IMG/VR virus record: IMGVR_UViG_2671181111_000002
Direction: 5' to 3' (one strand)
Length of the DNA: 4,236 nt
From: a virus
Lineage: Duplodnaviria > Heunggongvirae > Uroviricota > Caudoviricetes
Both the position numbers and the translations under genes were made by a program. The notes under the pieces were generated by a model. It was not told the DNA's origin. It made no database searches and worked only from the letters and a program-made list of their open reading frames with translations. Shown piece by piece: positions 1 to 4,236 of the stretch (position 1 is the first letter of the stretch; every line of letters starts with the position of its first letter).

Positions 1-147
1 AACCTGAATCTGGTTTTCAGGATTTACCGGGTCAGTGTCAATTTTTCCGATATAAATTTTGCCATTGGCTACGGCTTTAAAAGAACGAGCCATAGTGAAG
101 AGTTGCGAAGACATCGATACGATCACATTGGCTGTAATGTCTGTCAT
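1..147 (-). CDS. Tailspike protein, N-terminal head-binding domain (P22 gp9-like); 5' partial gene, continues beyond window start
   Basis: Seen in sequence: reverse complement of 1..147 translates without stops to [49 protein letters not shown], with ATG at 147..145 and GGAG at 159..156 (8-nt spacer). Established knowledge, recalled from memory and not searched: this closely matches the conserved N-terminus of P22-family tailspikes (P22 gp9 begins [11 protein letters not shown]...[21 protein letters not shown]). The ORF is below the size cutoff of the supplied track. Confidence 0.85.
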   Translation of the reverse strand, partial: MTDITANVIVSMSSQLFTMARSFKAVANGKIYIGKIDTDPVNPENQIQV

Positions 148-155
148 TTAATTTG

Positions 156-159
156 CTCC
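156..159 (-). promoter_or_regulatory. Shine-Dalgarno (GGAG) for the tailspike gene
   Basis: Seen in sequence: minus-strand ...tatctGGAGcaaattaaATG; spacing of 8 nt to the start codon. Confidence 0.6.
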
Positions 160-205
160 AGATACAATGAATCGCCGCAGCGTGGCTACGGTGAATTTTG
201 GGCAT

Positions 206-228
206 AAAAAAACCCAGCCGAAGCTGGG
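206..228 (-). terminator. Rho-independent terminator hairpin downstream of the gp16-like gene
   Basis: Seen in sequence: minus-strand reads CCCAGC-TTCG-GCTGGG followed by TTTTTTT (plus strand 206..228 = aaaaaaa cccagc cgaa gctggg). This is a 6-bp GC-rich stem with a UUCG tetraloop and a 7-U tract, about 50 nt after the TAG stop at 281..279 and about 58 nt before the tailspike ATG. Confidence 0.6.
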
Positions 229-278
229 TAGTTGCGTTGGTTATCTGTCAGTAGTTATGTGCTTATTTAATTATTTAT

Positions 279-2123
279 CTATTGTTCTGCTGTAATTTGG
301 CTTGAAAGTATAGGGCGTATCGCATTTGCAGCATTATTTAACGCTCTTTCATAAGCTGCCGTTCCTGCTTTGGTGTTTGCCAAACGAAGAAGCATATTCC
401 TTGCGGCTTTGGACTCATACAAACGCATCATTGCACCAAAACCAGCCTCAAGCCCCATTGATACACCAAGAGTCGCAGTTGCGCCAATCGTCCTTATCCT
501 GTTGGCTTGCGATTGCCCCGTCTGAGTTACTACATTTGCGGTGTCTGACCTTGCTGTTTGCTGTAGAACTTCATGAAGAGCATCAAGCTCTTTCATGTGC
601 TTTCCAGAAAAAATAGTGTTGTAAATTTCACCGCCTGACTGAGATTTCAGCTTATTAACTTCAGTGATGAACTTGGCTGGAGAGTCACCGGCCTTTTCCG
701 CTATTTTGCTGACGTAAGCTGCACGCATAGCATCTTTCCCTTTATCATCCAGTGCGCTCCAGATTCGTTTCACGTCAGATGGTTTTCTGCTTAATACAAC
801 GGTATTTATAAGTTCAGGACTGGCTTCACTGCTTGCCTTGTTGAGCTTGTTAGCAATGTTTTTATTAAGCACCTTATTATAAACGTTTGCATAATCGGAA
901 TTTGCTTTAAGGTATTTTGCTGCGTCTGATGCACCGAGGTTTTTAGCAACTGCGTTACGAAGGTCTTTTGACATTGCATTCTCTACCATATTGGTAGCTG
1001 CTTTTGCCTGGTTGGGGAAGACCATAGCATCTCCCTGAACATTAGATCTAAATGCTGTTCTGTGCTGACGCAAGAGATCAAACGTAACATCCAAATCAGT
1101 TGCAGGGTTTGCTAATTCTTCACGTAGGTTACGCAAGGATGTAAGCAGGCTTTGATTGGCAGACGTCCCAAGCCGTTCCTGTCTTGCGATCGCTGTATTC
1201 AGAGCATTCATGGTATTTGTGGTATCAACTGCGGCATTACCCATTTTATTGGTGACGTCATTGATAACAGCGCCAGCGGCATCCTTCCGCCCCCTTAACG
1301 TGGTGGTAAGAGATTTCACCACATCATCAGGGTTGTACTCACCAAAACGGTCAAAATAATTACTTACCAGCTTACTACGCGTTGCATATTGCTCCGCTCG
1401 CTTTGAGCCTGTCCCGAGCAAAGCCCCCTCGGCATCCTGAGTTAGGCCGCGAGTGAAAGCATTTTTCGGCGGGATAACATCAGATGTCATTGGTGTCACG
1501 CCCATCGATTCTGATGTGGCAATTTTCTTCGCCACTTCTGGCGCAATATCACCTTTTATAGCCGTTATTCCACGCCCTATTCCCTTTGCTGCTGCGGAAA
1601 GAACACCCTGAGCGGCAAGGTTAACTCCGGCATTTTTAGCTGCATTTTGTGCGAAATCGCCTTTCTGATTTGCGGCCTCTGCCAGTGATCCAATAGCCAT
1701 GCTTCCTGCCGTTCCAACTCCTGGAACTAAATACCCACCAATTGTTTCACCGGCTTGCGCGTAGGGGTCTGTCGGTCTGTCTACTGGACGATAAACATCA
1801 TCCAAAACCTTGGGTCCACCAAGCCCCTGACTGATTGCATTAATCAGACTTGCGCCGCCCTGCAATACGTCAAATGGTATGTTTACCAGACCACGACCAG
1901 CCTGTTCTGCAATTTGCCCTGCACTTTGACCACCAGTGAGCCAATCGCCAGCTTGTTGCATCAATGATGGTTCTTCCCGTGTTGGTGCATTATTGGCCTG
2001 ATTAACTGTTTGTTGCTGAACAGCCTGACCAGCAAAATACTCATCAATGGCGGTGCCAATATCTTCGGTGCTCGTACCATCAGGAAAGGTAAATGTCTTA
2101 CCGTTTGCAGTTACTTTCATCAT
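279..2123 (-). CDS. Phage DNA-transfer/ejection protein (P22 gp16-like), 614 aa
   Basis: Seen in sequence: long minus-strand ORF with TAG stop at 281..279 and an Ala/Gln/Asn/Gly-rich, low-Cys composition; start ATGATGA overlaps the upstream stop. Inference from synteny and size: it sits immediately upstream of the tailspike and is 614 aa against about 609 aa for P22 gp16 (recalled). Start is ambiguous between ATG at 2123 and ATG at 2120; GGTGGA lies at 2129..2124. Confidence 0.8.
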   Translation of the reverse strand: MMKVTANGKTFTFPDGTSTEDIGTAIDEYFAGQAVQQQTVNQANNAPTREEPSLMQQAGDWLTGGQSAGQIAEQAGRGLVNIPFDVLQGGASLINAISQGLGGPKVLDDVYRPVDRPTDPYAQAGETIGGYLVPGVGTAGSMAIGSLAEAANQKGDFAQNAAKNAGVNLAAQGVLSAAAKGIGRGITAIKGDIAPEVAKKIATSESMGVTPMTSDVIPPKNAFTRGLTQDAEGALLGTGSKRAEQYATRSKLVSNYFDRFGEYNPDDVVKSLTTTLRGRKDAAGAVINDVTNKMGNAAVDTTNTMNALNTAIARQERLGTSANQSLLTSLRNLREELANPATDLDVTFDLLRQHRTAFRSNVQGDAMVFPNQAKAATNMVENAMSKDLRNAVAKNLGASDAAKYLKANSDYANVYNKVLNKNIANKLNKASSEASPELINTVVLSRKPSDVKRIWSALDDKGKDAMRAAYVSKIAEKAGDSPAKFITEVNKLKSQSGGEIYNTIFSGKHMKELDALHEVLQQTARSDTANVVTQTGQSQANRIRTIGATATLGVSMGLEAGFGAMMRLYESKAARNMLLRLANTKAGTAAYERALNNAANAIRPILSSQITAEQ

Positions 2124-3580
2124 TCCACCGTAAATTGAATGCCTGATTTTGAGGTATATGATCCAACCTGATTCCGTGGTTCTCCTGAAGGTGTCGAATC
2201 TTGTGCTGGCGCTGCGTCAGTATTCATTGACATATACCGCTTAACGGCACTCCCCAATGATTCACCTTTTTTAACATCCAACCCCAATATCTGACCGCCA
2301 TTACGCGATTGTCCAGGGTTGCCATTCGCGCTCATCCACTCGGCTTTAAACTCATTAAACTGCGCGTTTCGTCGCTCAAGGTTTGCCATTGCATCAAGCC
2401 ATCTTGCGACCGTCTCAGGGTTATCCATGTCAGTTGGCGCACCCTGTCGAACGATCTCAACGTCTTTATCCGTTGCTGGGCCGGGAGGTAGGAATTTAAG
2501 AACCTGACTGTTAACAAGGGCATTTTGGCGAATGCGCAAATCACGCAATGTTGTATCGCTTCCGGTAAGTTTTGCGAACATGTTCTGTGCGTTACCGAAC
2601 AAACCTGTCGTTGGTTTTTCTGCTCTGAACTGTTGAGCAAGCGCACTCATAGAATTGGCTGAGTTTGATGATGCTGTAGCATTGTTTACAGCCGTCTCGA
2701 TGCCTTTTTCCATGTTTACTGACAGCTTAGGTGCTTCGCTAATCAACTGCTGAGCCTTTTCCTGCGCTTGCTGCATCTTAAACCCGAACTCTTGCTGATC
2801 CAGAGCCAAGCGTTGTGCTGCGATATTGTGCCCAGTCATTGCTGACTGATAGGAAAGGTTTTGCCCTCTCGCCTGAAGTGCTTCTCCAGCCTGATTGCTG
2901 CGGATTGTCTCTGCCAGCCTGCCTCGGTCAATTTCACGACCAGCCATCTTGTCCTGAACATTGAAGTAATCAATCGGACCAAGAGCAGCCATTCCAAGGT
3001 GATCAACAAACTCACCAAATCCTGAAGGATTCTGCTGATACATCTGAGCAACGCTGTTAGGGCCAACACCGACGCGCGCCAGCTCATTGGCGTTGTTTTG
3101 CAGCCATGATTGCATTGCTTCTGGAGACGAGGCCGCAAGGCGTGCGCCAGCCGCTAAGGTGCCGATAGAATTACGCTGGTCTTCATCAATGAATCCCATG
3201 CNNNNNNNNNNNNNNNNNNNNNNNNNNNNNNNNNNNNNNNNNNNNNNNNNNNNNNNNNNNNNNNNNNNNNNNNNNNNNNNNNNNNNNNNNNNNNNNNNNN
3301 NNNNNNNNNNNNNNNNNNNNNNNNNNNNNNNNNNNNNNNNNNNNNNNNNNNNNNNNNNNNNNNNNNNNNNNNNNNNNNNNNNNNNNNNNNNNNNNNNNNN
3401 NNNNNNNNNNNNNNNNNNNNNNNNNNNNNNNNNNNNNNNNNNNNNNNNNNNNNNNNNNNNNNNNNNNNNNNNNNNNNNNNNNNNNNNNNNNNNNNNNNNN
3501 NNNNNNNNNCTCGGAGCGTTTGAGTTGACGCCGCCGATACCAGCTAACAATCCGCCATTTGATCCTTGCCAAGTAGCCAT
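2120..3580 (-). CDS. Phage DNA-transfer/ejection protein (P22 gp20-like), about 486 aa, interrupted by N-run
   Basis: Seen in sequence: ATG at 3580..3578 preceded by GGGG at 3589..3586 (5-nt spacer); 23 N-terminal residues ([23 protein letters not shown]), then the N-run 3202..3509, then 359 residues in the same reading register ending with TGA at 2122..2120, which overlaps the next gene start. Inference: position and size (about 486 aa against about 471 aa for P22 gp20, recalled) support the call. About 104 residues are undetermined. Confidence 0.75.
   Translation of the reverse strand: MATWQGSNGGLLAGIGGVNSNAPXXXXXXXXXXXXXXXXXXXXXXXXXXXXXXXXXXXXXXXXXXXXXXXXXXXXXXXXXXXXXXXXXXXXXXXXXXXXXXXXXXXXXXXXXXXXXXXXXXXXXXXXMGFIDEDQRNSIGTLAAGARLAASSPEAMQSWLQNNANELARVGVGPNSVAQMYQQNPSGFGEFVDHLGMAALGPIDYFNVQDKMAGREIDRGRLAETIRSNQAGEALQARGQNLSYQSAMTGHNIAAQRLALDQQEFGFKMQQAQEKAQQLISEAPKLSVNMEKGIETAVNNATASSNSANSMSALAQQFRAEKPTTGLFGNAQNMFAKLTGSDTTLRDLRIRQNALVNSQVLKFLPPGPATDKDVEIVRQGAPTDMDNPETVARWLDAMANLERRNAQFNEFKAEWMSANGNPGQSRNGGQILGLDVKKGESLGSAVKRYMSMNTDAAPAQDSTPSGEPRNQVGSYTSKSGIQFTVE
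3202..3509. other. Run of 308 N (assembly gap or masked sequence) inside the gp20-like gene
   Basis: Seen in sequence: uninterrupted n characters from 3202 to 3509. The flanking coding sequence is in the same codon register across the run. Confidence 0.99.
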
Positions 3581-3585
3581 GATTA

Positions 3586-3589
3586 CCCC
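3586..3589 (-). promoter_or_regulatory. Shine-Dalgarno (GGGG) for the gp20-like gene in a 9-nt intercistronic spacer
   Basis: Seen in sequence: minus-strand TAA-GGGGTAATC-ATG; the stop of the 177-aa gene and the start of the gp20-like gene are 9 nt apart, implying translational coupling. Confidence 0.55.
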
Positions 3590-4123
3590 TTAAAACAACG
3601 AGCCAAGCAATCCGATACCAGCACCAATGCCAGCGCCCCAAGGTGTTGATGTTCCCAAAAGGCTGGCAAGACCTGCACCGGCAATCGCACCAGATGTTCC
3701 GCCACTAATTGCAGTCTGAAGACTTGATGGTTTATTGGCATTAGCAGCGGCAAGAGCTGCGCTTTGCTGTGCAATGCTGCTCATGTTGTTGGCGTACGTC
3801 TGCCCGGCGTTTGCCTGACCTTGCAGCGCACCAAGCCCAACGTTTGCCAGATTGTTGTAATTGCTCATCTGGTTTGATAACCAAGACTGACCGAGTGTCG
3901 GCGCGATCGTAGCCAGTTGATTGCTTGTGGCTGTCGAACCAAGTCCACCCGTCGCCTCCGCAGCAGCAAGACTCTGGTAACGAGCCTGACCTGCAAGGTC
4001 TTTATACTGCTGAGAGTTGTAATACTGATTAAGTGCCTGCCCCTGACCTTCTAAACTGGAAAGGTTCTGAAGCTGGTTAACATACTGCTCCGCAAGAGGC
4101 GTGAACGGAGTAAGGTTTTTCAT
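3590..4123 (-). CDS. Phage ejection/DNA-transfer protein (P22 gp7-like by position), 177 aa as called; true N-terminus may lie upstream
   Basis: Seen in sequence: ORF from ATG at 4123..4121 to TAA at 3592..3590; Q/N/A/S-rich with a Gly-rich hydrophobic C-terminus (GGTSGAIAGAGLASLLGTSTPWGAGIGAGIGLLGSLF); no strong Shine-Dalgarno before the ATG. Inference: it lies immediately upstream of the gp20-like gene, the position gp7 holds in the P22 order 14-7-20-16. The same frame stays protein-like for 26 codons upstream of the ATG, up to a TAA at 4201..4199 (see findings). Confidence 0.6.
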   Translation of the reverse strand: MKNLTPFTPLAEQYVNQLQNLSSLEGQGQALNQYYNSQQYKDLAGQARYQSLAAAEATGGLGSTATSNQLATIAPTLGQSWLSNQMSNYNNLANVGLGALQGQANAGQTYANNMSSIAQQSAALAAANANKPSSLQTAISGGTSGAIAGAGLASLLGTSTPWGAGIGAGIGLLGSLF

Positions 4124-4236
4124 GATCGTCTGCCACTGCTGATTTTGCAGGTCTGCGGCATACTTCTGTGAACCGCCCCGGGTTTCCTGGAGAGTGTTTT
4201 ATCTGCTTCTGCCGGAGGGATGTGGCCCAGCCTTTC
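4124..4236 (-). CDS. Coding sequence continuing off the window edge: either the C-terminus of the upstream (gp14-like) gene or a frame-shifted N-terminal part of the gp7-like gene
   Basis: Seen in sequence: two of three minus-strand frames are open from the window edge. One ends with TGA at 4122..4120 overlapping the ATG at 4123 (ATGA) but is rich in rare AGG/AGA/CGA arginine codons. The gp7 frame is closed only by the TAA at 4201..4199 and reads NTLQETRGGSQKYAADLQNQQWQTI before the Met. Frame assignment is unresolved. Confidence 0.3.

Noticed and set aside
148-205. Possible dedicated promoter for the tailspike gene between terminator and start codon
   Set aside because: I could not identify convincing -35/-10 hexamers with proper spacing in this 58-nt stretch by eye, so it is not reported as a feature.
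206-228. The same hairpin read as a plus-strand terminator
   Set aside because: On the plus strand the A-tract precedes the stem and no U-tract follows; the element is oriented for the minus-strand operon only.
326-616. Plus-strand 96-aa ORF
   Set aside because: Entirely antisense to and embedded within the gp16-like gene; Cys/His/Leu-rich composition typical of a spurious frame; no Shine-Dalgarno.
1156-1359. Plus-strand 67-aa ORF
   Set aside because: Antisense overlap inside the gp16-like gene; no ribosome-binding site and no protein-like composition.
1755-1967. Plus-strand 70-aa ORF
   Set aside because: Antisense overlap inside the gp16-like gene; Cys-rich spurious frame.
2309-2507. Two overlapping plus-strand ORFs (60 and 62 aa)
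   Set aside because: Antisense to the gp20-like gene; they overlap each other in different frames, which is typical noise.
2332-3138. Minus-strand 104-aa and 100-aa ORFs (2332..2646 and 2836..3138)
   Set aside because: Alternative frames wholly inside the gp20-like coding region on the same strand; Arg/Cys/Leu-rich composition unlike the surrounding genes.
3578-3592. Stop-codon readthrough fusing the gp7-like and gp20-like proteins (same frame, TAA plus 3 codons apart)
   Set aside because: No supporting signal; a Shine-Dalgarno sequence sits in the spacer, so ordinary re-initiation coupling is the simpler explanation.
3087-3641. ORFs of 168 aa (plus) and 151 aa (minus) spanning the N-run
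   Set aside because: Artefacts: most of their length is X, because N codons cannot be read as stops.
3583-3774. Minus-strand 63-aa ORF
   Set aside because: Out-of-frame overlap with the 3' end of the gp7-like gene; no independent support.
1-4236. CRISPR array, tRNA/rRNA, insertion sequence inverted repeats, integrase or attachment site
   Set aside because: No direct-repeat/spacer periodicity, no tRNA-like cloverleaf candidates, no terminal inverted repeats or transposase-like ORF were seen; the window is continuous co-directional coding sequence.

Overview
The whole window is the distal end of a late structural operon from a P22-like (Lederbergvirus-type) short-tailed phage or prophage, encoded entirely on the minus strand. 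Reading in transcript order (window end to window start): a coding region running off the window edge (4124..4236); a 177-aa Q/N/A/G-rich protein (3590..4123), P22 gp7-like by position; a 486-aa protein (2120..3580), P22 gp20-like, interrupted by a 308-nt run of N (3202..3509); a 614-aa protein (279..2123), P22 gp16-like; a 131-bp spacer carrying an intrinsic terminator hairpin (206..228); and the first 49 codons of a tailspike gene (1..147) whose N-terminus I recognise as the conserved head-binding domain of P22/HK620/Sf6-type tailspikes. I see no RNA genes, CRISPR array, insertion sequence, integrase or attachment site, and no defence or toxin-like gene. My honest reading is that this is a canonical ejection-protein/tailspike module, not a novel system. 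The items worth a second look are a probable 1-nt indel at a T4 homopolymer that cuts off the N-terminus of the gp7-like gene, the in-frame N-run inside the gp20-like gene, the terminator directly in front of the tailspike gene, and the P22-atypical direct adjacency of gp16 and tailspike. Product names rest on synteny, protein size and recalled P22 biology; no database search was run.
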